Made by a program: the position numbers and the translations under genes
The notes under the pieces: model-generated
The model's input: only the letters and a program-made list of their open reading frames with translations
Database searches by the model: none
What the model was told of the DNA's origin: nothing
Shown here: positions 36,899-44,434 of the stretch, in pieces
Layout of the letters: each line of letters opens with the position of its first letter
Position numbering within the stretch: position 1 is the first letter of the stretch
Assembly: GCA_037190965.1 (NCBI GenBank)
Contig: JBBCKI010000062.1
Coordinates: 1-64,000, forward strand
Source: Chthoniobacteraceae bacterium
GTDB lineage: Bacteria; Verrucomicrobiota; Verrucomicrobiia; Chthoniobacterales; Chthoniobacteraceae
DNA length: 64,000 nt
Reading direction: 5' to 3'

Positions 36899-37998
36899 TT
36901 GCCCTCCTTCGCGATCAAGGCAACTTGATTGGGCCAGTCATCGGAGAAGGTCTTCAGCTCGGAGTCTGTAATCTTTTCGAACGAGTCGGTTCCCAGATAG
37001 GTGAGAACCTGCGCTTCAGAGATGCCGTAGCCGTTTCCAGCGGCGCATTTGGCTTGTAGCGCGGCGAGGAGAGCTTCCCTGCCTTCCGGCGCCTCTGCGT
37101 CTTCGTGACCGTAACGCTGGTGAGACTGAGCCTCTGCGGCATCCACGGCGACCGCTTGTGATTTAAGGACGGCGACAAACTCGGCACCGAGAGATTGACG
37201 GTCTTGCTTCGAGATGCCTTCCCATGCCGCCTTGAGGGCTTCCGTGCCTTCACTCGCGGCGAGTCGAAGGCGGTTCCGTAGTGGTTCAAGAGGATCGGCA
37301 CCAGCGCCATCAACCCATGCGCGCAATGCCTTGCCTTCTTCGATCCCAATATACCCGGTCGTTCTGCCGAGGATTGACTCGAGATCGCCAGGACATTTCA
37401 GGATTTCGCGACGTCGACCACGGTCCTGCATCATGAAGCTGGCCGTCATCTCAAACATGAAGTTCTTCTCGCAAATCGGCTGGATGCCGAGGCTGACGGG
37501 CTTTGCCGGATTCGTGAAATCCGACTTCTCGCGCGCCCTGATGCAGCAAATGACGTGCATGTCGCAGAGCAACAAGGCGCTCATAAACCGTTTGTGCTCC
37601 CGCTTGGCTGTGAGCCAGTCGGCCATTTTCTTTCCGGATTTGTGCGCGATGTCTTCGCATCCTCCCGGCCCTTCCCATTCGTGGGTCACGCTGTCGATCA
37701 CTAGCACTTCGACGCCAGCAGCCTGAAACGCTTTGATGGCGTCGATGTAGCGTTGCGGCGAGAATGGCTCGTAAAGATCGCCTCGGCGGAATCGCTGTCC
37801 ACCTGGCAGGATGTCCGAGTATAAGCTCCCGCGCTTGTTTTCGCAGTCCAGCAAGCCGACCTTTCGCGCATCGCAACCGGCGAGGCCGTAAGCCATGAGG
37901 AGCGCGGAAAATGTTTTGCCATCGCCAGACGCCCCCGCGAGACCGAGGAGAAGCCTGGCTCCAGCACGTTTTGATTCTTCAATCAGGATAGTGCTCAT
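36895..37998 (-). CDS. Sak4-like AAA ATPase (recombination)
   Basis: GASGDGKTFSAL, VIDSVTHEWEG.GG, FMFEMT. Confidence 0.85.
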   Translation of the reverse strand: MSTILIEESKRAGARLLLGLAGASGDGKTFSALLMAYGLAGCDARKVGLLDCENKRGSLYSDILPGGQRFRRGDLYEPFSPQRYIDAIKAFQAAGVEVLVIDSVTHEWEGPGGCEDIAHKSGKKMADWLTAKREHKRFMSALLLCDMHVICCIRAREKSDFTNPAKPVSLGIQPICEKNFMFEMTASFMMQDRGRRREILKCPGDLESILGRTTGYIGIEEGKALRAWVDGAGADPLEPLRNRLRLAASEGTEALKAAWEGISKQDRQSLGAEFVAVLKSQAVAVDAAEAQSHQRYGHEDAEAPEGREALLAALQAKCAAGNGYGISEAQVLTYLGTDSFEKITDSELKTFSDDWPNQVALIAKEGK

Positions 37999-38393
37999 TC
38001 GGTCGCCCTTTCCACTGCACCGACTTTTAATGCGTGACCGCGGCGCACTGGCTCGAGGTCCATGAGGTCCGGCCGCATCTCCTGATTGTGGGCCAGCGTC
38101 ATCAGATTCCAAATGGCGTGGCCGATATGATCTTCGCTCTTGTCGCCCATCATGTATGCCGCTAGGTGCGCTTGAGCGTGCTGGAGAAGGGATGATTCAG
38201 GGATTCCTTTGGTCCAGTTTCCAAGCGGGTATTTCTCAGCACCCTCGCCGTAAGCTTCCGCAACTCGGCGAAGCCCGACTGGAGTGATGAGGTCGAAGCG
38301 CGCTGGGAATCTGTCCTTCCTCTGGAGGGCGCATCCGGCGCCGCGAATCGCGCCGGTTTCAAAAGTAGTGTTTAGCTGTGGTGGTTCTTCCAT
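37995..38393 (-). CDS. DUF5664 dATP/dGTP diphosphohydrolase-like protein
   Basis: FETGA.R, RFDLI, GAEKY...NW.KG, H...H, EDH.GHA.WN. Confidence 0.85.
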   Translation of the reverse strand: MEEPPQLNTTFETGAIRGAGCALQRKDRFPARFDLITPVGLRRVAEAYGEGAEKYPLGNWTKGIPESSLLQHAQAHLAAYMMGDKSEDHIGHAIWNLMTLAHNQEMRPDLMDLEPVRRGHALKVGAVERATE

Positions 38394-38396
38394 ATA

Positions 38397-39194
38397 TCAG
38401 ATGGCGATGGGTGCTTTGATTGCGGGGTGTGGGTCGTATCCCTCGATGACGAAGTCGTCGAAACGGAAGTCGTCGATGTGGCGGACCTTTCTGGCGAAGA
38501 CGAGCCGGGGGAGATCCTTCGGGACTCGGGCGAGCTGCTCGGCCACTTGGGCGAAATGGTTCTGGTAGATGTGGAGGTCGCCGAAGCTGATGATAAGTTG
38601 GCCCGGGGTGAGATCCGTCACCTCGGCCAGCATCGAGAGGAGGAAGGCGTAAGAGGCGATGTTGAACGGGAGCCCGAGGAAGGAGTCGATGCTCCTAGCG
38701 TAGAGGTGGAGGTTGAGGGTGCCGTCGTCAACCTGGCATTGCCATAGGGTGTGGCACGGCGGGAGTGCCATTTCGGGGATCTGGGAGACGTTCCACGCCG
38801 AAACAATGATGCGCCGGCTGTCAGGGTTCTCCTTGATCTGCGCGATCACACTGGCAATCTGGTCAACGGTGTCATCCCTCTCGTCGCCCATCCAAAAGCG
38901 CCATTGCGCTCCGTAGATGGGGCCAAGCTCCCCATTCTTGTCGGCCCACTCATCCCAGATGGTGACGCCGTTGTCATTGAGGTATTTGATGTTGGTGTCG
39001 CCCTTCAGGAACCAGAGAAGCTCATGAATGATGGACTTGACGTGGACCTTTTTCGTCGTCAGGAGCGGGAAGCCATCTTTGAGGTTATGGCGGAACTGGT
39101 AGCCGAAGACGGCCCGGGTTCCGACGCCAGTGCGATCCTCGCGGTCCTTGCCGTGAGTCATTACGTGGTTGAGAAGCTCGAGATATGCTTTCAT
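38397..39194 (-). CDS. thyA: Thymidylate synthase
   Basis: [45 protein letters not shown]. Confidence 0.97.
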   Translation of the reverse strand: MKAYLELLNHVMTHGKDREDRTGVGTRAVFGYQFRHNLKDGFPLLTTKKVHVKSIIHELLWFLKGDTNIKYLNDNGVTIWDEWADKNGELGPIYGAQWRFWMGDERDDTVDQIASVIAQIKENPDSRRIIVSAWNVSQIPEMALPPCHTLWQCQVDDGTLNLHLYARSIDSFLGLPFNIASYAFLLSMLAEVTDLTPGQLIISFGDLHIYQNHFAQVAEQLARVPKDLPRLVFARKVRHIDDFRFDDFVIEGYDPHPAIKAPIAI

Positions 39195-39248
39195 GAGTGT
39201 TTGGTTTGAATGGGTAGAGAGCAATCACTGCTGACTGCATTTGGGTGA

Positions 39249-39917
39249 CTAGACAGGGTCTTGATTGACAGCAGGGACCAACAGCTTCAGCGTCTCCGGG
39301 TCTTTGTGGTAACGCTTGATGCCGCTATCCTTCAGAGCGGAGGCCGGGACGTTTGAAATGAACTCGGCGAAGCTGCGGTCGACTCCGTCGCGCTGTAGTC
39401 TCTGGCCTTTCTTGGAGGCCCAGAACTCCGTCTCGATGTTGGCAAGCGCGCGGGCGGCTTCGTCTGGCCCGAGATTCTCGCGTCGCGCCAGGCACCAGAT
39501 AAGCTCCGGGTCATCCGGGGAGGCGACAGGGAACGGAACGAACGGGGATTCGGCTTCCTCGGATTCCTGCGCGGGGATGATCTTGATCTTATTTGTCAAC
39601 GAACGATCAGAAAGCAAGATATCGACGCTAACTACCTTCTCGTCGTCCGGCGACTGCGGGGGCGTGAGGGTGACGCTATCCTTGCCGAAATTACCTTCGA
39701 GCTGGTCTTTCAAACCGGACAGCGTCTCGGGTTCGGAGTCAGGCAGTGAGCCCTTCTCACAGAATTTCTGAAACGCCTCAAGGCTAGTGATGAGGCGGAA
39801 CTCTTTTGCGACACCCTCGTAGATCGCGGCAGCTTGGCGGGAGTCCGGTGTTACTTTCGGAAGGACTCTCTCCAAGGTTGAGAGCATGACTGCTGATGTT
39901 AGTTTCGATTTTGCCAT
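39249..39917 (-). CDS. Hypothetical protein directly downstream of the tRNA-like RNA
   Basis: 222-aa ORF with natural composition; starts 18 nt after the CCA end. Confidence 0.75.
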   Translation of the reverse strand: MAKSKLTSAVMLSTLERVLPKVTPDSRQAAAIYEGVAKEFRLITSLEAFQKFCEKGSLPDSEPETLSGLKDQLEGNFGKDSVTLTPPQSPDDEKVVSVDILLSDRSLTNKIKIIPAQESEEAESPFVPFPVASPDDPELIWCLARRENLGPDEAARALANIETEFWASKKGQRLQRDGVDRSFAEFISNVPASALKDSGIKRYHKDPETLKLLVPAVNQDPV

Positions 39918-39935
39918 AATGCTTTTTTCTAAAAG

Positions 39936-40044
39936 TGGTGCGGGCGGGCCGGATTCGAACCGGCGTCGGGCTGCGACATGAAAGAAAATTGCCTACTCGT
40001 GTTCGGTTTTTCAGTTGGACGTCCCGACCTTCCAAGCCGCCCGC
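39936..40044 (-). ncRNA. tRNA-like RNA (8-bp acceptor stem, canonical T-arm, CCA, no canonical anticodon arm)
   Basis: GCGGGCGG...GCCGG TTCGAAT CCGGC CCGCCCGC A CCA; 109 nt. Confidence 0.7.
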
Positions 40045-40047
40045 ATT

Positions 40048-40116
40048 TGGTGCCGTCTCTCCGGCTGTCACGCCTTTGCATTTCGTTCCGGCGTTCGAAT
40101 GACTCTTTGGTGGGCA
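40048..40116 (-). ncRNA. C4-antisense-like RNA, copy 1
   Basis: ACGCC-loop-GGCGT GACA GCCG GAGAGA CGGC ACCA. Confidence 0.55.
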
Positions 40117-40163
40117 TTTAAGGGGTCCGTCTTGAAAGAATGAATACCATCCAGACCCATATG

Positions 40164-40226
40164 TTGCCCGCTGCTCTCCCGGGCTGGTCACAGCGATTTC
40201 GCATTTCCAATAGGAGGCTTGCTGTT
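40164..40226 (-). ncRNA. C4-antisense-like RNA, copy 2
   Basis: ACAGC-loop-GCTGT GACCA GCCCG GGAGAGCAG CGGGC; shares loop GAAATGC with copy 1. Confidence 0.5.
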
Positions 40227-40343
40227 TCCTGGAAGTGGTCTCGAGCACCCCGCTTTTAATGCGGTTACGGGGCAGGGGATGTAAGTGACCAGCGAGCCGC
40301 GCCGCCGCCGCAATCCCTGGGGAATCCGCTCGAGGTTTGAAAG

Positions 40344-40526
40344 CTAGTCGACCTCTTCTTTTCCGCAGTTCTTGCAGCGCAAGACGTCGACTTCAACGCC
40401 GCAGACAACAGCGCTTCGGACACAGCGCATCTTGTGGCCATACTCCTCGCAGTTCGGAGTTTCCGGAGGGTCAAGCGGAGGTTTCATTTTCATTGCTTCT
40501 GGAGATCCGACAAGTGGGCCGTTCAT
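40344..40526 (-). CDS. Small Zn-finger-like protein
   Basis: C....H and CKNC; ATGA overlap with upstream ORF. Confidence 0.5.
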   Translation of the reverse strand: MNGPLVGSPEAMKMKPPLDPPETPNCEEYGHKMRCVRSAVVCGVEVDVLRCKNCGKEEVD

Positions 40527-40660
40527 AAGCGGTGAATTGGAAACCATCGGCAGATTTTGACGTTCCTTCTGGATCGGCGGGAGCGTTCGCGGAGGTGCAT
40601 GACCAGTCCGAAGATGAACGCGACGATGAAAGGGGTTAAGCCGTCGAGGTATTCCATCAT
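40523..40660 (-). CDS. 45-aa membrane peptide
   Basis: MMEYLDGLTPFIVAFIFGLVMHLRERSRR...; GGAGG RBS; ATGA overlaps at both ends. Confidence 0.55.
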   Translation of the reverse strand: MMEYLDGLTPFIVAFIFGLVMHLRERSRRSRRNVKICRWFPIHRL

Positions 40661-40935
40661 GCGGCCCTCCTTGTGATAGGCTCGCGACTCCAGATGAGGC
40701 GAAGGCCAGCGATGTTCCAGAACGATCCACGAATTTTCCAGATTCGGACGGCTCGACGGGAGACCTCTTCGAACGGGAGATCCTTGGCGTGGGTCGGATG
40801 AATCCAGGTAACGCCATCGATCACGGTTATCGGCGCATAGAGAGTGATTGAATCTCCATCCTTGAAGATCTCCTGTGCTGCGTAGTCGGTCGCGGTCTCA
40901 ATGATCTCGTCGATGGTCCTGGTGTCAATCGGCAT
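40657..40935 (-). CDS. Hypothetical protein
   Basis: MPIDTRTIDE...; RBS GAGGAGG. Confidence 0.6.
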   Translation of the reverse strand: MPIDTRTIDEIIETATDYAAQEIFKDGDSITLYAPITVIDGVTWIHPTHAKDLPFEEVSRRAVRIWKIRGSFWNIAGLRLIWSREPITRRAA

Positions 40936-41260
40936 GAGATTCCTCCTCATCTAAGTCGATGCCATCGGCCATCGGCTGCCCGTCGCCAGGATCGCTCTCG
41001 TCATCCGGGACCAAGATGATGCGGCTCTTCGGGCGGTAGACGACGATCTGATAGCGGGCGGTTGCGATCAACAACGCATCGGGAACATTCTCCACCCAAT
41101 CGGCGAGCAGCTTACCTTCCCCTTGCTCAAACACCGTGGAGACCGGCGCGTGCGTGCCTTCCTTCTCCCATGAGTCGATCAGGCCCAACCGCTTGGCCTC
41201 GTGGACACCGTAACACTGGAATGTGTACAGCGGCCCGCGCAGAGTAACTTCCTGTGGCAT
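40925..41260 (-). CDS. Hypothetical protein
   Basis: RBS GAGGAGG; operon packing. Confidence 0.65.
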   Translation of the reverse strand: MPQEVTLRGPLYTFQCYGVHEAKRLGLIDSWEKEGTHAPVSTVFEQGEGKLLADWVENVPDALLIATARYQIVVYRPKSRIILVPDDESDPGDGQPMADGIDLDEEESHAD

Positions 41261-41261
41261 A

Positions 41262-41606
41262 TTAGCGAACCTCCTCTAGCATTTCAGATTCAGGGATTTC
41301 GCCAGAGAACGTACGGTGCACGTCCCGCTTGATCTCGATCCTGATTCCGTTAGGAAGGTGTTTGACCGGGTTTCCGTTGCTGCTGTCGGCAATCCAGCCC
41401 GTCGCCCCGAGTTTCTCAACAAGGATAGGCTGTGCGCTCCGCTTGAATTCGAGCCATTTCGAACTCGGGAGGATCATGTAGACCTCAGCTTCATTAAGCC
41501 AAGGATTCTCCTGCGACCAGGATAACAGGGTCGCGGCGTTATGGGCGGCTCGCTCCGTATTCTCCTTGATTCGATCAAGGACCGACGCTTCTTGGTGGAT
41601 TGGCAT
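41262..41606 (-). CDS. Hypothetical protein
   Basis: Operon packing. Confidence 0.65.
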   Translation of the reverse strand: MPIHQEASVLDRIKENTERAAHNAATLLSWSQENPWLNEAEVYMILPSSKWLEFKRSAQPILVEKLGATGWIADSSNGNPVKHLPNGIRIEIKRDVHRTFSGEIPESEMLEEVR

Positions 41607-41608
41607 AG

Positions 41609-41902
41609 CTAGTTTTTCGGGGTTTTGCGGTGCTTGTTGCGGTAGGTAATTAGCTCGCTGAGAAGGTAGCGATGGGATGAGCCGGAATACTCAAAGAGCG
41701 GGATTTTCTTTGCGTGCTCCCGGAAGGTCGGCAGCGAGAAGCCGAGGAATTGGGCGGCGGTCTTGGTGTCAACCGACGCCTCGGCCAGGATGTATTCGGT
41801 AACGATCTGTCGGATCGCGTCCGCTGCAAGGCTCCTCGCTAGCTCATCGCCGAACTCGACGATTACGCGTGGCCCTTTGTTTGTTCTCGTTTTGCTGCTC
41901 AT
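41609..41902 (-). CDS. Excisionase-like HTH protein
   Basis: VDTKTAAQFLGFSLPTFR...RYL.SEL MerR/Xis-type pattern. Confidence 0.65.
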   Translation of the reverse strand: MSSKTRTNKGPRVIVEFGDELARSLAADAIRQIVTEYILAEASVDTKTAAQFLGFSLPTFREHAKKIPLFEYSGSSHRYLLSELITYRNKHRKTPKN

Positions 41903-42026
41903 GGTCTCATCGCTAGTGATCCTGCGATGAGCGAACCATAAGGGCTGTTTTTGAGGCTTTTCCTAGATCGGCGGAAAAGCTGCCAATTCCGTCATGAAAC
42001 GGGTGGATTCCGTCATAAATTGGGGT

Positions 42027-42278
42027 TTACAGCTTTTCTTTGGAAGGCTTCCACCCGAGGTGAGAATCAAGCCATGCCGAGACTCGCTCCGGCCTAGACC
42101 GCCCAGCGACGAAAGGGGAGTCTTCTGCACGGATCATCATTTCGAGCGTCGTTTTTGGGATTCCCATCAACGTCGTGAGCTCGTGCGTTTCGAACTGCCA
42201 CCAGGGGTTTTCCTTCGCTCGCCTCAGAAGCTCGGCGGCTCCACCGCAGTCAATTCCCTCCATGGAGCGAGCTTTCAT
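42027..42278 (-). CDS. Small putative DNA-binding protein
   Basis: ELTTLMGIPKTTLE HTH-like segment; RBS GAGAGGGG. Confidence 0.55.
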   Translation of the reverse strand: MKARSMEGIDCGGAAELLRRAKENPWWQFETHELTTLMGIPKTTLEMMIRAEDSPFVAGRSRPERVSAWLDSHLGWKPSKEKL

Positions 42279-42554
42279 TGCCGGCCCCCTCTCATGGATT
42301 CCCCGGGTTTTGGTCTCGGTTGCGAGCTGGCTCGGTAGATGCTACCTGTCAAATTGCCTGTGTTTACTCGTAAGGTTTTCATTGGCGCTTCGGGCCGGGG
42401 GCGTTGTAGCGCTCCCGGTCCATTTTTTGTCTGGGGTGAGGCATCCGGCTTGATTGCATAGCCCGATTGCATATCTGACGTATATCCAGAAGATATATCA
42501 TCGCGCAAGAAAAACTTGCCGATTTCTTTATGTGCTGATATCTACAGAGGAAAT

Positions 42555-42752
42555 ATGGCAGATATACCGAAATCAATTCTCGTGAAAACCAGCCCAAAGC
42601 GTTTTGAAGAATTCAAGGAGGCGCTTGAGGGCCAGCCGCACTTCGCGACGGTGAAGAGCTTCTTTGAGGCGTGCATGGATGCTGCAATTCGAGCGAAGAA
42701 GAAGGGGGAGATGATCATTCTCCCGATGGAAATCAAAACCAAGAAGCCGTGA
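42555..42752 (+). CDS. Ribbon-helix-helix-like regulator A
   Basis: AGAGGA RBS; strand-helix-helix pattern; paralogous to 42860-43075. Confidence 0.6.
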   Translation: MADIPKSILVKTSPKRFEEFKEALEGQPHFATVKSFFEACMDAAIRAKKKGEMIILPMEIKTKKP

Positions 42753-42789
42753 GCTTTCGGGAAGCAGATCGGGGGCATGCCCCATGAGG

Positions 42790-42820
42790 GAAAAAGGTTG
42801 AACGAAATTCAACCTTTTTC
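42790..42820. terminator. Perfect 13-bp inverted repeat (terminator or operator)
   Basis: GAAAAAGGTTGAA CGAAA TTCAACCTTTTTC. Confidence 0.6.
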
Positions 42821-42859
42821 TGATTTCATCCAACGCTTCATGTCCGCAAAAAGCTGAGG

Positions 42860-43075
42860 GTGAAAAAAGACGTGATGGTCGGATGCAAGGTTACTTCAGA
42901 GATGCGCGAGCGGGCGCGCAAGGTGCTCGCTGGAACTCCGACCGATACCCTGTCGCGGTTCTTTCGCGCTACCTTGGATGATCTCATCCGAAAGGCGGAA
43001 TCGGGGGAGGAAATTGCCGAGCCAATCTCGCTGCTTACCGTTGCCCAGCGGCGGAAGCTCGACCGACTGGAGTAG
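42860..43075 (+). CDS. Ribbon-helix-helix-like regulator B
   Basis: VMVGCKVT.E.RE.....L.....T.S.F.R..L CopG/Arc-like pattern. Confidence 0.6.
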   Translation: MKKDVMVGCKVTSEMRERARKVLAGTPTDTLSRFFRATLDDLIRKAESGEEIAEPISLLTVAQRRKLDRLE

Positions 43076-43128
43076 TGCGGCGGCCGGTATTGCTGGACAC
43101 CCGATATGGGATCGGGTAAAGCGGCGTC

Positions 43129-43446
43129 ATGAAAACGACATGGATTGCGAGTTTCGCTGTCGCCACCTTTTTTGCAGGGCATCCTGCGGTCGGTGCCGAC
43201 GAGTCTGTGGGCGAGAAGATTGCAGCCCTTGAGCAAAGGGTTGCCGCACTCGAAAAGCGTTTGGCCGAGGTCAAGAGGACCGCGGCGGCCAGTGAAAGCG
43301 CCGCTATCGAAGTTCCGGTCGCTGTCATGGCGAAGATTCGAGAAAAGGCAGCCTCTGATTTTCCTGACGACTTCCCAGTCCAGCAGCACGTGATCGAGAG
43401 GCAGGTCAAGGCATGGAAGGCGCTCCATGTCGCGAAGGGTGAATAG
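43129..43446 (+). CDS. Secreted coiled-coil protein (lysogenic cargo)
   Basis: Signal peptide; IAALEQRVAALEKRL; A..DFPDDF..Q. Confidence 0.7.
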   Translation: MKTTWIASFAVATFFAGHPAVGADESVGEKIAALEQRVAALEKRLAEVKRTAAASESAAIEVPVAVMAKIREKAASDFPDDFPVQQHVIERQVKAWKALHVAKGE

Positions 43447-44073
43447 GTGAGGTATGCAATTTTTGTCGTGATTGACGGCAAGCAGGCCGGCCCTTTCAAT
43501 CGTGCAGAACTGAAAAGGGGGATTGCTTCCGGTCGAATTGGCCCTGAATCTCCAGCGAGAAACAAAGGAGACAGGAAGTGGGTTCCACTTGATGCCTTGC
43601 TCGATCCAATCAGCGATGCTCAGTACGAGTTGCTTCGGAAGCTTTCCGACGATCTGCTTGAGGATATACCGGAAGACTTGTCCGTAGCGCGTGCGAGCAA
43701 GCTTATTTCGGAGCGGATGAGGGAGCATCGATGGCTTTTGAGCGATGCACAGAAGCGGCGCCTCCGATTTTACGGACTGCCGTTTGATAACGCGATGAGC
43801 AAGCACGAGGCCACAAGGTTGATCACCGAACGGATCGAGCAATTTCCTTGGGAAGAAGAGCGTTACCAGAAGTGGAAGTCGAATCTTCCGGAGTCGGATG
43901 AGTTTGGGGAGTTCGAGCCGCGGCACTTGATGAGTGAGCCGAATGCCAGGGCTTCACCTTCACCTTTACCTTCGGACCGAAGTCCATCCCATAGGCGGGG
44001 ATGCGCCACGGCAGCCATTTTGCTTTTCGTACTCTTTTGGATAGCGGCGATTGCTATCGTCCTCCTTGCCTGA
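43447..44073 (+). CDS. GYF_2/DUF4339-domain membrane protein
   Basis: DGKQAGPF...EL...I..G.I.......W.PL; internal repeat; C-terminal TM. Confidence 0.7.
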   Translation: MRYAIFVVIDGKQAGPFNRAELKRGIASGRIGPESPARNKGDRKWVPLDALLDPISDAQYELLRKLSDDLLEDIPEDLSVARASKLISERMREHRWLLSDAQKRRLRFYGLPFDNAMSKHEATRLITERIEQFPWEEERYQKWKSNLPESDEFGEFEPRHLMSEPNARASPSPLPSDRSPSHRRGCATAAILLFVLFWIAAIAIVLLA

Positions 44074-44238
44074 CTTTGGACGGAGGCAACTTTGCGCGAC
44101 ACGGCGTATCGGATGTTGCAGATTATGGGAAGCGAGCCGGAAAGTAGGCCATCGCTCGAAATTTTGACCGCGCGGCAAGGAATTTTCGCGCCCGTTACTT
44201 TTTCGGTACTTTTTCCTGAGGCTTGACCTCTGAGCCAG

Positions 44239-44271
44239 TTGAAAACTGGCTCGAGCGGTAGGATTCGAACC
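44239..44271. repeat. att site overlapping tRNA-Asn 3' end
   Basis: Identical to 309-341. Confidence 0.95.
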
Positions 44272-44321
44272 TACGACCAATCGGTTAACAGCCGATCGCT
44301 CTACCACTGAGCTACGCTCGA
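44247..44321 (-). tRNA. tRNA-Asn (GTT)
   Basis: TCGAGCG/CGCTCGA acceptor, ATCGG CTGTTAA CCGAT anticodon arm, TTCGAAT loop, encoded CCA. Confidence 0.97.
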
Positions 44322-44434
44322 GTCTCGATCCCCAATGGAATTGGGAGCGGTATTTCTACTTCGGATCGCGTGGTTTGCAAGCGGTTTTTGGATTTTTTTT
44401 AGCGACCCGTGAAAAAAAGGGGCGATCTCCCGAC

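Larger units (their letters stand above)
309..44271. mobile_element. Prophage (myovirus-type tail, lambda-like head/packaging) integrated in tRNA-Asn
   Basis: Flanking 33-bp direct repeat, integrase at one end, full head, tail, lysis and replication modules. Confidence 0.96.

Noticed and set aside
37995..38393. 2-aminoadenine (Z-genome) pathway
   Set aside because: No purZ, datZ or phage DNA polymerase in the prophage
39936..40044. tRNA-Sec or canonical tmRNA
   Set aside because: No UCA anticodon arm or G discriminator; far too short for tmRNA and lacks G3:U70; kept as unclassified tRNA-like RNA
39784..40248. 154-aa and 62-aa ORFs over the RNA cassette
   Set aside because: No protein-like features; region better explained by structured RNA
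42838..43926. 362-aa minus-strand ORF
   Set aside because: Overlaps three better-supported plus-strand genes
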